Assembly (NCBI GenBank): GCA_964419065.1
Contig: CAYQOD010000001.1
Location: 1-30,430 of the forward strand
Reading direction: 5' to 3'
DNA length: 30,430 nt
Source: an uncultured Thermodesulfobacteriota bacterium
GTDB lineage: Bacteria > Desulfobacterota > B13-G15 > RBG-16-54-18
The notes under the pieces were generated by a model. It did not search any database. It had not been told where the DNA came from and saw nothing but the letters and a program-made list of their open reading frames with translations. Position 1 is the first letter of the stretch. The number at the start of each line of letters is the position of its first letter. The position numbers and the translations under genes are program-made. Positions 1-8,663 of the stretch are shown in pieces.

Positions 1-22
1 CTGGCCAAAGAGGGACTCTAGA

Positions 23-52
23 TAAAGCTATCGCCTCTAGGCGATAGCTTTA
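23..52. repeat. Perfect 14-bp inverted repeat (TAAAGCTATCGCCT-ct-AGGCGATAGCTTTA)
   Basis: Arms 23-36 and 39-52 are exact reverse complements. Confidence 0.9.
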
Positions 53-146
53 GGGGTCAAGGATTCAAGAGGCCAAGGGGTCGAGTGAGTGAACCCAGGA
101 ATTTTAAAACACTTGAACCCTAGAACCCTTGCCCCCGAGAACCCTT
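53..146. repeat. Degenerate REP-like inverted element built from short GG(G/A)TTCAAG-type units
   Basis: Left units ggggtcaag/ggattcaag/ggggtcgag face right units cttgaaccc/tagaaccc/ttgcccc/gagaaccc around an AT-rich centre. Confidence 0.55.
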
Positions 147-297
147 TCCTCGAATTAAAGTCTTCGGCTAAAAGCAGGCCCCAATCTCAAGAGGGAGCAA
201 TAATAAGGGTATCTTTCTTCTGCCAGATGTGGGATAATGAAAAGGGTCGCGGGCGCGGGCCTGATGCTGCGAAATATATACGATTAAAGGTGGAAAA

Positions 298-789
298 ATG
301 ATCGAGATGAGGATATTGGGATTGATCTTTGATCCTAATTTCAACACGACGGTGATCGTCCTCCTGGACCCCCAACAGGAAAGGGTGCTCCCCATCTGGA
401 TCGGACCTATGGAGGGAAACGCCATTGCCATCGGCATGGAGAAGGTGAACACCCCTCGACCCATGACCCACGACCTGATGAAGAACCTCCTGGATGAATT
501 CCAGGTCGAGGTAACGAAGGTGGTGGTTACCGAGCTGAAAGACGATACCTTCTATGCCGCCATCCATCTGATAGTTGACGGCAAAGAATTAGAGATTGAT
601 TCCCGTCCCAGTGATGCCATTGCCTTGGCCGTCAGGATGGAGGCCCCCATCTATTGCACTGAAAAGGTTATGGAGGCGGCGGCCGATCTGGGACTCCTCA
701 AGCAGCGCAGTGAGATCGACGAATCTGAGGATCTAAAAAAGTGGTTAGAAAACCTCAATCCCGATGATTTCGGAAAATATAAGATGTAA
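298..789 (+). CDS. Bifunctional nuclease domain protein (DUF151/BFN family)
   Basis: Motifs LPIWIG..E..AI, PRPMTHDL, DDTFYA, IDSRPSDAIALA; 163 aa. Confidence 0.9.
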   Translation: MIEMRILGLIFDPNFNTTVIVLLDPQQERVLPIWIGPMEGNAIAIGMEKVNTPRPMTHDLMKNLLDEFQVEVTKVVVTELKDDTFYAAIHLIVDGKELEIDSRPSDAIALAVRMEAPIYCTEKVMEAAADLGLLKQRSEIDESEDLKKWLENLNPDDFGKYKM

Positions 790-984
790 CCTCCTCCACG
801 AGATTTTAAACTGCGTTCTCCCTGATTACGATACCGACTGTTGATAACACGTCCCTCTAGGAACATACCCCAGACCTCATAATAAGGAATTTCATTGTCG
901 GAGTCTGTGAGGACAAGAGCCCTTGAAATAAGTTAAAAAACAAAGAGACTGAACTACTTGCGGGATCGATCGTGTGCATTATTA

Positions 985-3582
985 TCACAATAATGGCGGG
1001 AGGGATTCAGTCTTGACCACCCTGAGGAGACCGGTCTCCTCAGGGGTGAGTCCAAGGACGTGCTGCAAGATTGATGCTGGTCTCACTCCCCCCTCTTTTC
1101 TGATCCCCACCTCTATCAACGACTCCGCTCCAAAGAGCTCCTCGATGGAAGGGGTCTCGGCATGGAGGGGAACACTGGGCTCGTAGGAATCCCGCCGCAC
1201 CAACTGGAGCCTCTCGACGAAAGGCAGGGCGTTCACCCGTCTCATCCCCTTCTTCTTTTCCAGAATGAGGTTAAGTTCTCCCTTCTGAAAGGTCTCTCGG
1301 AGTTTATCCCCCAGCTCCCCTTCTGAGAAGTCCCTGCCTATATTCTCCAGAGAGATGAGAAACCGGTCGACCTCAAATAGGGTGGGTAAGGGGTTGCCTT
1401 TCAAGGCCATCTCATGGGCATCGATGATGCATAATCCGAGGGGGAGTTCACGGTTCAACCGCTCCTGAAACTCCCCCGCCTTCATATAGCGGGCAAGATC
1501 CAGGTCCATAAACTCCACGAGGCTCTCCGTTCCGAGGGGGAGCGGGTTGGTGAAGGATATCTTGGGCAGGGGATGAAAACCTTCGGAGAACTTCATGGGG
1601 ATTTCGGCCCGACGGGCTGCCCTGGCTATGACATCGATCATCTCCAGGTGCCCTAAGAGCCTGGCCTCTCCCACCTTGACGAACTGCGCGCGGATCTTCT
1701 TCACCCACGGCCTCTTTCGCACCACCTCGCAGGAAGAGATGGATGAAGGGAGCGGTGAAAGAGTAGCATCTGCCAATACCATCTTTGTCGACCTCTTACA
1801 GGCACCACAACGCAGACACTCTCCTACACGGCAGTCCGGGGTCTCCATCCCCTTGTGCGCCTTCTCCCATTCATCTCTCAGGAATTCGTCTTCCACCCCA
1901 CATCTGAGATGACCCCATGGGAGGCCCTCAGATGGAGACCTCTTACGACAGGTGTAAAATGAGGCGTCGATCCCGGCATCGGCAAAGGCCGCCTCCCATT
2001 CACGCCACTTCAAGTGCTCTGTCCAACCATCAAATTTACAGCCGCGCTGATGTGCCCTCAGCAGGACCTCCCCCAGGCGTCTATCACCCCTGGCAAAGAT
2101 CCCCTCCAAGAAGCTCATCCGGGCATCATGCCACTTCAGTCGCAGACCCTTTCCCTTCAGCTCTTCCTTGAAGTATCGTTGTCGCTCCTGAATCTCCTCC
2201 AGTGTCAACTGGGGTTCCCATTGAAAGGGGGTGTGGGGTTTGGGGACAAAGGTGGAAATACTGACGTTCACCCCTCCTCTCCTCCTTCCCCGCTTCCCTT
2301 GCCGAGCGATCTTTTGGGCGAGGGTGATTATCCCACGAAGATCCTCTTCTTCCTCTGAGGGAAGTCCCACCATAAAGTAGAGCTTTATCAGATTCCACCC
2401 CGCATCATAAACCTGGGCCGCGGTCTCCAATAACTCCCGTTCATCGGTGACCTTGTTGATGATCCCCTGTAACCTCTCGGTGGCCGCCTCAGGGGCCAGA
2501 GTAAACCCCGTCTTACGTACCCTCCGCACCTCATCGATGAGTCCCTTGGTGAGGGTACCCACCCTCAGTGAAGGAAAGGATACGGCCACCTTCTCCTTTC
2601 CATACCGCGCCACCAGGGCCTGCAAGAGGGGAAGAATATGACTATAGTCACCTGCGCTCAGAGAGAGGAGAGAAATCTCATCGTAGCCCGTCCTCTTTAA
2701 GGATTCATCGATGGTATCCATCAGGATGTGAGGATTCCTCTCCCTCACAGGACGGTAGACATAGCCCGCCTGGCAGAATCTACACCCCCTGGTGCACCCC
2801 CTGGTTATTTCCACACTCAACCTGTCATGGACCACCTTCATAAACGGGACAACAGGGGTCAAGGGGTAGTAGCTATCATTGAGGTCGGGGACTGTCCTCT
2901 TCTTCACCCCCTGGTAATGCGCCAGGAGCGGTTCTATCATCCTAACTGCTCCATCTGAGCGGTAGCTGATCTTAAAAAACGAGGGTACGTAGACACCCCC
3001 GACGGAGGCCAATTCCCTCAATACGGTCTCCTTATCTCCTCCGGTCTCCTTCCAGCGTCTGATCATATTGACTACCTCAAGGAGGACCTCTTCCCCTTCA
3101 CCCAGGACGAAGGCATCGAAGAAGTCCGCCAAGGGCTCAGGGTTGAAAGCGCACGGCCCTCCTCCGATGACCAAGGGCATATCCTCCTCCCTTTCCTGTG
3201 CCAGCAGGGGGATCTGGGCGAGGGAGAGAATGTTCAGGACATTGGTGTAACAGAGTTCATACTGGAGGGAAAACCCTATCACATCGAAATCCCGCAAGGG
3301 GGTGCGGGACTCCAGGGTGGAAAGGAGGATACTCCGGGACCGGAGCAATTCCTCCATATCAAACCACGGACTGAAGGTCCGCTCGCACACGATCCCTTCC
3401 TGGGCGTTGAGCAAGCCATACAAGATCTGTATTCCGAGATGGGACATACCTATCTCATAGGAATCAGGAAAGACGAGGGCAAATCGCAGCGTGGCCCGAT
3501 GCACGTCCTTGTGACAGGAGTTTACCTCTCCCCCCATGTATCGAGAGGGCCTGTTTACCAAATGCAATAGATCCTGCATCAT
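985..3582 (-). CDS. B12-binding radical SAM protein (TIGR03960-type) fused to C-terminal radical-SAM-linked domain (TIGR03936/DUF2344-type)
   Basis: N-terminal PSRYMGGE, FPDSYEIGMSHLG; CxxxCxxC in RGCTRGCRFCQAG; C-terminal LGHLEM...FSEGFHPLPKISF. ATG 3582 preferred over 3588 because GGGAG lies 6 nt upstream of it. Confidence 0.9.
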   Translation of the reverse strand: MMQDLLHLVNRPSRYMGGEVNSCHKDVHRATLRFALVFPDSYEIGMSHLGIQILYGLLNAQEGIVCERTFSPWFDMEELLRSRSILLSTLESRTPLRDFDVIGFSLQYELCYTNVLNILSLAQIPLLAQEREEDMPLVIGGGPCAFNPEPLADFFDAFVLGEGEEVLLEVVNMIRRWKETGGDKETVLRELASVGGVYVPSFFKISYRSDGAVRMIEPLLAHYQGVKKRTVPDLNDSYYPLTPVVPFMKVVHDRLSVEITRGCTRGCRFCQAGYVYRPVRERNPHILMDTIDESLKRTGYDEISLLSLSAGDYSHILPLLQALVARYGKEKVAVSFPSLRVGTLTKGLIDEVRRVRKTGFTLAPEAATERLQGIINKVTDERELLETAAQVYDAGWNLIKLYFMVGLPSEEEEDLRGIITLAQKIARQGKRGRRRGGVNVSISTFVPKPHTPFQWEPQLTLEEIQERQRYFKEELKGKGLRLKWHDARMSFLEGIFARGDRRLGEVLLRAHQRGCKFDGWTEHLKWREWEAAFADAGIDASFYTCRKRSPSEGLPWGHLRCGVEDEFLRDEWEKAHKGMETPDCRVGECLRCGACKRSTKMVLADATLSPLPSSISSCEVVRKRPWVKKIRAQFVKVGEARLLGHLEMIDVIARAARRAEIPMKFSEGFHPLPKISFTNPLPLGTESLVEFMDLDLARYMKAGEFQERLNRELPLGLCIIDAHEMALKGNPLPTLFEVDRFLISLENIGRDFSEGELGDKLRETFQKGELNLILEKKKGMRRVNALPFVERLQLVRRDSYEPSVPLHAETPSIEELFGAESLIEVGIRKEGGVRPASILQHVLGLTPEETGLLRVVKTESLPPLL

Positions 3583-3602
3583 ATTCATCTCCCTTGTCAG
3601 AC

Positions 3603-3631
3603 ATGATATATGCCGAAGACCCTGTTGTCAA
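3603..3631 (-). promoter_or_regulatory. Sigma70-type promoter TTGACA-N17-TATCAT for the radical SAM gene
   Basis: Near-consensus hexamers with a 17-nt spacer just upstream of the SD. Confidence 0.7.
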
Positions 3632-3736
3632 CGAGCCCTCCCGAGCAGATTCTCCTCCCTCGCCCCGGTACCATCATCCCGTTCCCTTCAATCGGGTCTG
3701 TATCGTTCCGATCATACAGGGATTTCTTAAAAAAGC

Positions 3737-3764
3737 TTGACAAAATAATCCCGCTGTCTATAAT
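3737..3764 (+). promoter_or_regulatory. Sigma70-type promoter TTGACA-N16-TATAAT for the regulator/polyamine operon
   Basis: Both hexamers are perfect consensus. Confidence 0.75.
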
Positions 3765-3769
3765 ACCTG

Positions 3770-3787
3770 AGTTTATTTTAATAAACT
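3770..3787. promoter_or_regulatory. Palindromic operator candidate AGTTTATT-N2-AATAAACT
   Basis: Perfect 8-bp inverted repeat at the expected transcription start of the promoter above. Confidence 0.55.
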
Positions 3788-3809
3788 TTTTTCTTTTTTA
3801 ACAGGACCT

Positions 3810-4349
3810 TTGGTGAAGATTGGGGAAAAGATTAAGAGTCTCAGGCAACTGCGCTCGTTGACGCAGGAAGAACTGGCAGAGAGGGCTGATCTGACGAAGG
3901 GGTTCATCTCGCAGGTGGAGCGAGATCTCACCTCCATCTCGTTGGACAGCCTCATCCAGATCTTGGATGCCCTGGATGTCGATCTCGTCCACTTCTTTCA
4001 GGAGATGATAGAGGAACGGATCGTTTTTAAAAGAGAGGACAATGTCAGGATTAGCAGAAACGGGGTAGCTGCCTTTGAACTCCTGGTCCCCGGTTCTGCC
4101 AATAGGAGTATGGAGCCGGTCAGACTGACCTTGAAACAGGATGAAAAGACAGAAGAGGGAGAACCACACCCGGGCGAGGAGATGGGATATGTCCTCAAGG
4201 GGAGGGTGAAAATCCGGCTAGGAAATAATTTCTACAGCGCTAAGAAGGGGGAGTGTTTCTATTTCACGGCCAATAAAATCCACCAAATTGGGAATGCGGG
4301 GAAGGGAGAAGCGGTATTCCTCTGGATTACCTCTCCCCCATCCTTTTAA
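3810..4349 (+). CDS. XRE-family HTH transcriptional regulator with C-terminal cupin domain (PuuR-like)
   Basis: HTH LTQEELAERADLTKGFISQVER; cupin HPGEEMGYVLKG...FYFTANKIH; ends WITSPPSF. Start TTG 3810 or GTG 3813. Confidence 0.9.
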   Translation: MVKIGEKIKSLRQLRSLTQEELAERADLTKGFISQVERDLTSISLDSLIQILDALDVDLVHFFQEMIEERIVFKREDNVRISRNGVAAFELLVPGSANRSMEPVRLTLKQDEKTEEGEPHPGEEMGYVLKGRVKIRLGNNFYSAKKGECFYFTANKIHQIGNAGKGEAVFLWITSPPSF

Positions 4350-4426
4350 ATGAGCTGTTGGGAGAGGGTGTTCCAGAAACACCCGATGGTACACTATAAA
4401 TTTTAATGCTAAAGGGGGGTGGATAA

Positions 4427-4843
4427 TTGAAGGCATTAGGAAGACACCTTTTGGCAGAGCTCTTCGGGTGTGATGCGGACCTCCTGAACAATAAGGAGGC
4501 GATTGAAAAGGTCATGAACGGCGCTGCCCTGGTGAGCGGGGCCACGATCGTGGGGAGCGTCTTTCACCTCTTCAATCCCCACGGGATCAGTGGTGTGGTG
4601 GTGATTGCGGAATCCCATTTGGCCATCCATACCTGGCCGGAGTTCCGCTATGCCGCCGTCGACATCTTTACCTGTGGGGAGGAGGTGGACCCCTGGGAGG
4701 CCCATCATTACATCAAGAAGGAGCTCCGGGCGGAGTCGGTCTCAATAGTGGAGATGAAACGGGGTGAGCTCGATCCTCACAATGGTCGTTTATTTCACAA
4801 ACCCCCGCAGGCCATGACTGATTCAGGGCTCCTAAGGGTATAA
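4427..4843 (+). CDS. speD: S-adenosylmethionine decarboxylase proenzyme (short pyruvoyl type)
   Basis: [26 protein letters not shown] self-cleavage motif, DIFTCG. Confidence 0.95.
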   Translation: MKALGRHLLAELFGCDADLLNNKEAIEKVMNGAALVSGATIVGSVFHLFNPHGISGVVVIAESHLAIHTWPEFRYAAVDIFTCGEEVDPWEAHHYIKKELRAESVSIVEMKRGELDPHNGRLFHKPPQAMTDSGLLRV

Positions 4844-4844
4844 C

Positions 4845-5321
4845 GTGGTACTGGGCGAATCACCGAAGGGCTTCTTCTTGGTGAGCGGTTCTGCAGAAGG
4901 GTTTACTCCCCTCAATGCCTTTGATGCTGCTTTGATAAATGCCGGCATTGGGGATATCAACCTAGTGAAGGTGAGCAGTATTATCCCCCCGGGGGGTCGC
5001 GAGATTGAACCGCGAGATCTTCCCCGCGGTGCCATTGTTCCGGTGGCGTACAGCTTTATCGTCAGTGACATCCCGGGAGAGGTCATCTCCGCAGCTGTGG
5101 CCGTGGCCCTCCCTAACAACGAGAAGGAAGCCGGGCTGATCATGGAGTATTCCTCTCATGGTCACAGGGAGGAGGCTGAAGAGATCGTGCGGACCATGGC
5201 GGTGGAGGGGATGAAGATTCGCAAAAGGGAGATGAAGGAGATAAAGAGTACCTCCGTCGAATATAAGGTGAAAACGATAGGGGCGGCAATGGCCGCGGTG
5301 GTTCTGTGGCCCTACCATTGA
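4845..5321 (+). CDS. pdaD: Pyruvoyl-dependent arginine decarboxylase
   Basis: LNAFDAALINAGIGDINLVKVS-SIIPP cleavage motif; starts 1 nt after the speD stop. Confidence 0.9.
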   Translation: MVLGESPKGFFLVSGSAEGFTPLNAFDAALINAGIGDINLVKVSSIIPPGGREIEPRDLPRGAIVPVAYSFIVSDIPGEVISAAVAVALPNNEKEAGLIMEYSSHGHREEAEEIVRTMAVEGMKIRKREMKEIKSTSVEYKVKTIGAAMAAVVLWPYH

Positions 5322-5331
5322 GTGATGAAAC

Positions 5332-5355
5332 CCGAAATCCCCATGGGGGTTTCGG
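5332..5355. repeat. Hairpin CCGAAATCCCC-ATG-GGGGTTTCGG
   Basis: 11-bp stem with one G-U pair; no U-tract follows. Confidence 0.6.
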
Positions 5356-5530
5356 TGCACCTCTGGCTAAAAACATACCTTCATTAAAAAAGTGATCAAG
5401 GATGCAAATAAAAGTTTCATAGTCCTCGTGAGCCATGAATCGAGCGGAAGGCCAGCCCCCTGAATCTTTGGGTCATGAGTTAAAAAATCTCCATACTGCT
5501 CCCCAAAAGGAAATATCCCATTGTGGGGGT

Positions 5531-5614
5531 TTCAGGGCCGATCATCGGCCCTGAAGGGAGGGCGAAGGCGACGATGAAGGTTGAAACCATTTCCAGCGTT
5601 TCTTCACGTCGCCT
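5531..5614. repeat. Two adjacent hairpins: perfect 12-bp palindrome (5531-5555) and an imperfect long stem (5566-5614)
   Basis: TTCAGGGCCGAT-c-ATCGGCCCTGAA; AGGCGACG(a)TGAAG ... CTTCACGTCGCCT. Confidence 0.7.
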
Positions 5615-5629
5615 CGGCATTAAATAGTT

Positions 5630-6484
5630 ATGGAATTACTACTCAATTCTCATACGTTCCTCGCCGCCAATTCCACCTATGATAAGAGTTCGATCGTCAT
5701 TGTCGGCTGTCCATTAGACAGTACCACTATCTTCCGGCCAGGGACCCGGTTCGCCCCCCAGGCCATACGCGAGGCTTCGTGGGGGCTAGAGACCTACAGC
5801 CCCCGCCTGAACAGGGATCTGGAAGGTTTGAAGATCTGTGATGTCGGGGATCTCACCCTCCCACTGGGTCATTCGGAGGGTGCCCTGAAGGCAATCGAGG
5901 GGTATCTGGCTACCGTTATGGGAGACGGCAAGTTCCCCATCCTCATGGGGGGTGAGCACCTCATCTCGCTGCCCGCAGTCTGGAAGTGTGCCCGACAGTA
6001 CCCTGACCTCCTCGTGGTCCAAGTGGACGCCCACGCAGACCTTCGCTCCGACTATGAAGGAGAATCCCTGTCGCACGCCACCGTGATGAAAAGGATTGTG
6101 GATCTCCTCGGGCGGGATAATATCTGTCAAGTGGGCATTCGGTCGGGGACGAAGGAAGAAATGCGCTCTGCACAAGAGATGGGGAGCCTCTGCGAGCCAG
6201 GGGAGGTCCTCAGCCGGGGAACAGGGCGGCCGGTCTATCTCACCGTCGACCTCGATATTTTGGACCCCGGGATTGCCCCTGGTGTCAGCACCCCCGAGCC
6301 AGGAGGGTTCACCTTTCATGAGCTCATCTCCCTCATCGACCATTTGAGGTCCCTGCAAGTAGTGGGATTTGACCTCGTTGAGCTCTGCCCGCCCTACGAT
6401 CTCACTCAACAGTCCGCTATGGCAGCGGCCAAGCTCCTTCGAGAGCTCATCCTCCAGTTCTGCTGGGAGAGTGATCGTCCGTAA
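5630..6484 (+). CDS. speB: Agmatinase (ureohydrolase family)
   Basis: GGEH, DAHADL, TVDLDILDP, GVSTPEPGG metal-binding motifs; RPGTRFAP. Confidence 0.9.
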   Translation: MELLLNSHTFLAANSTYDKSSIVIVGCPLDSTTIFRPGTRFAPQAIREASWGLETYSPRLNRDLEGLKICDVGDLTLPLGHSEGALKAIEGYLATVMGDGKFPILMGGEHLISLPAVWKCARQYPDLLVVQVDAHADLRSDYEGESLSHATVMKRIVDLLGRDNICQVGIRSGTKEEMRSAQEMGSLCEPGEVLSRGTGRPVYLTVDLDILDPGIAPGVSTPEPGGFTFHELISLIDHLRSLQVVGFDLVELCPPYDLTQQSAMAAAKLLRELILQFCWESDRP

Positions 6485-6525
6485 GGATTAATTCACCTTG
6501 CCAAGGAGCGTGAATTCAGGTAAGG

Positions 6526-8028
6526 ATGAAGAAAGATGTAGTTTGTAGAAGCATGATGGACTACGACGCGATCATCATCGGTGCCGGATTAGGGGGATTG
6601 GTGTGCGGCACCCTCCTCGCCCAGAGGGGGTGGCGGGTGGCCATCTTTGAGAAGAAGAACAGGGTTGGGGGATGTTGCGCCTCGCTGATGCGCGGCGGAT
6701 TTACCTTCGACCTCTCGGTGCAGTCCATGGGGGGGTGCAGGGAGGGAGAGCGGACCTGGAGGCTCTTGGACCAACTGGACCTCAGGGAACGGATCGAACT
6801 TCTCCACCTGGATCCGGCCCGTGAGTACCACTTCCCCGATCTCGTGATCCGGCAGTACGCCGATGTGGGATCCCACGTGGACCACCTCTGTTCTCTCTTT
6901 CCCCGCGAGCGGAAGGGCATCAACGAGGTCTACCGGATTTACCGCTCTCTTGCCGAGGAGATCGATCGCCTCCCTGAGACCCTCTCGTGGTTTGACCCCG
7001 CGCGGTTCGCCCGGGAGTTCCCCTCCATGTTTCAGTACCGGGACAAGACCCTCCAGGATGTGCTGGGTTCACACATCAAGGACCCAAAACTCAGGGTGAT
7101 CCTGGGGGTGAGGAGCTCTTACACCCTACTGCCACCCAGCAGACTCTCCCTTATCGCCATGGCTGCCCTCGAGATGAGCTACCTGCAGGGGGGAGTGGCA
7201 GTGGTGAAGGGGAAGATGGAGCAGCTACCTCAGCTCCTGGCCGCGGGGTTTCGAGACGCCGGGGGGCAGCTCCATACCCGGCAGGAGATAAGAAAGATCA
7301 TGGTAGAGGAGGGAAATACGGTAGGCGTGCAGCTCAAGGGGAGAGAAACGGTTACCTCCCGGGTAGTGGTCTCCAACGCCGATGCCACCTCCACCTTCTT
7401 GGGGATGGTCGGGAAGGAGTCCCTGCCGAACGGTTGGGTCAAGCGGCTGATGGGGATGCAGCCGTCTCTCTCTTACTTCATCGTCTATCTGGGCGTTGAG
7501 GGGGAACTGAACCTCTCGAATTCCAACAATGAGATCTTCCCTGGCTATGACCTGGAGGAGGAGTACCGATATCTGGATGAGGGGACGATTCCCCCAACTC
7601 CCCCCTACTATCTGCTCGCACCCTCCCAGGTGAACCCCTCTCACGCCCCCGCGGGATGTAGCACCGTGTGCCTGAGCTATAAGGCCCCCTATCACCTGCG
7701 GGAAAGGTGGAACGGGAAGACGCGGGAGGCCCTGGCCAAACGGATCATCGCCCAGGCCGAAGGGATGATCCCCCACCTGCGCAGAAGGATCGTCGTGCAG
7801 GTACGCTCCACCCCTGTAACCATCGAGCGGATGACGGGCAACCGCTGGGGTGCGGCCTACGGGTGGGCTCAGGTCCTGCGGCAAGCGGGGATCTATCGAC
7901 TCAACAGGGTATCCCCCATCGACGGGCTCTACCTGGCCGGCCACTGGACCGCCCCGGGAGGGGGGGTGGCTGCGGCCATGGCCTCGGGGCAGATAACCGC
8001 CGATCTGATTGGGGAGAGACTACAGTGA
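6526..8028 (+). CDS. Phytoene desaturase/CrtI-like FAD-dependent oxidoreductase
   Basis: N-terminal GAGLGGL...FEK...VGG dinucleotide fold; C-terminal GAAYG, GLYLAGHWTAPGGGV. Start may be 6553/6556. Confidence 0.85.
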   Translation: MKKDVVCRSMMDYDAIIIGAGLGGLVCGTLLAQRGWRVAIFEKKNRVGGCCASLMRGGFTFDLSVQSMGGCREGERTWRLLDQLDLRERIELLHLDPAREYHFPDLVIRQYADVGSHVDHLCSLFPRERKGINEVYRIYRSLAEEIDRLPETLSWFDPARFAREFPSMFQYRDKTLQDVLGSHIKDPKLRVILGVRSSYTLLPPSRLSLIAMAALEMSYLQGGVAVVKGKMEQLPQLLAAGFRDAGGQLHTRQEIRKIMVEEGNTVGVQLKGRETVTSRVVVSNADATSTFLGMVGKESLPNGWVKRLMGMQPSLSYFIVYLGVEGELNLSNSNNEIFPGYDLEEEYRYLDEGTIPPTPPYYLLAPSQVNPSHAPAGCSTVCLSYKAPYHLRERWNGKTREALAKRIIAQAEGMIPHLRRRIVVQVRSTPVTIERMTGNRWGAAYGWAQVLRQAGIYRLNRVSPIDGLYLAGHWTAPGGGVAAAMASGQITADLIGERLQ

Positions 8029-8036
8029 GAAGATCG

Positions 8037-8663
8037 ATGTCTATGAGATGTGGGTTTATCGGCTTCATCATCTGTGTGCTGGTGCTGGGTTGTGCACCGA
8101 AGCGGATGCCGGAGGAGGGGTGGGAGCGGATACCCCTCTCTCAAATCGTTCCGACGACCATCATGAGATATCAGGGGGTACGCTCGCTGCAGGCCCAGCT
8201 CTCCGTGAAGCTGGAGGTGCAGGATGACTTCTATCTCCTGCGAGGGATCCTCCTCTATGAAAACCCCGCCTCTCTGCGTTTACAACTCGCCTCGAGCCTC
8301 GGTCCGACAGTAGGAGAGGTAATCTACGCAGACGGTCTCCTCGTTATCCTCGTGCCCAGTGAAGGGAAACTCTACCGGGGGTGGCTGAATCAGGATTCCC
8401 AGCCAGGGGAAGATACCCTCTTTCTCACGCTGAACTTTCAGGATTACCATGATATGGGAACAGGGCAGTTTCCCACCACTATCTACGGCGTGGTTGAGAA
8501 CGCCGGCGTTAGGTTCGAGCTGCGTCTCAAAGAGCCGAAAATTGATCTCCCCCTGTCTGCGGAGGCCTTCACCACCCCCAGAGCAGGGTGGGAGGTCCAT
8601 CCCCTAGCGGACCTGAAGAAGCTCCTCCATACAGCCAAAGGACAGGGGATCAGTGAAGATTAA
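8037..8663 (+). CDS. Putative lipoprotein with LolA/LolB-like (DUF4292-like) fold
   Basis: 3' part of ORF 7707-8663. ATG 8037, 8 nt after the previous stop, gives a hydrophobic signal ending VLGC; beta-rich body; C-terminal LSAEAFTTPRAGWEV resembles LolA-type tails. Fold call is tentative. Confidence 0.65.
   Translation: MSMRCGFIGFIICVLVLGCAPKRMPEEGWERIPLSQIVPTTIMRYQGVRSLQAQLSVKLEVQDDFYLLRGILLYENPASLRLQLASSLGPTVGEVIYADGLLVILVPSEGKLYRGWLNQDSQPGEDTLFLTLNFQDYHDMGTGQFPTTIYGVVENAGVRFELRLKEPKIDLPLSAEAFTTPRAGWEVHPLADLKKLLHTAKGQGISED

Noticed and set aside
985-3582. Radical SAM two-domain fusion as a novelty
   Set aside because: This TIGR03960/TIGR03936-type fusion is a familiar architecture in Deltaproteobacteria.
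3589-3736. Cobalamin riboswitch upstream of the B12 radical SAM gene
   Set aside because: No B12-box or riboswitch core recognised, and the promoter leaves only a very short leader.
5360-5436. Minus-strand MAHEDYETFICIL resembling a RAYT/Y1 transposase segment
   Set aside because: Similarity is only a few residues, with no HUH motif or flanking homology.
7707-8036. 5' extension of ORF 7707-8663
   Set aside because: Overlaps the oxidoreductase gene in another frame and has low-complexity shadow composition; ATG 8037 gives a proper signal peptide.
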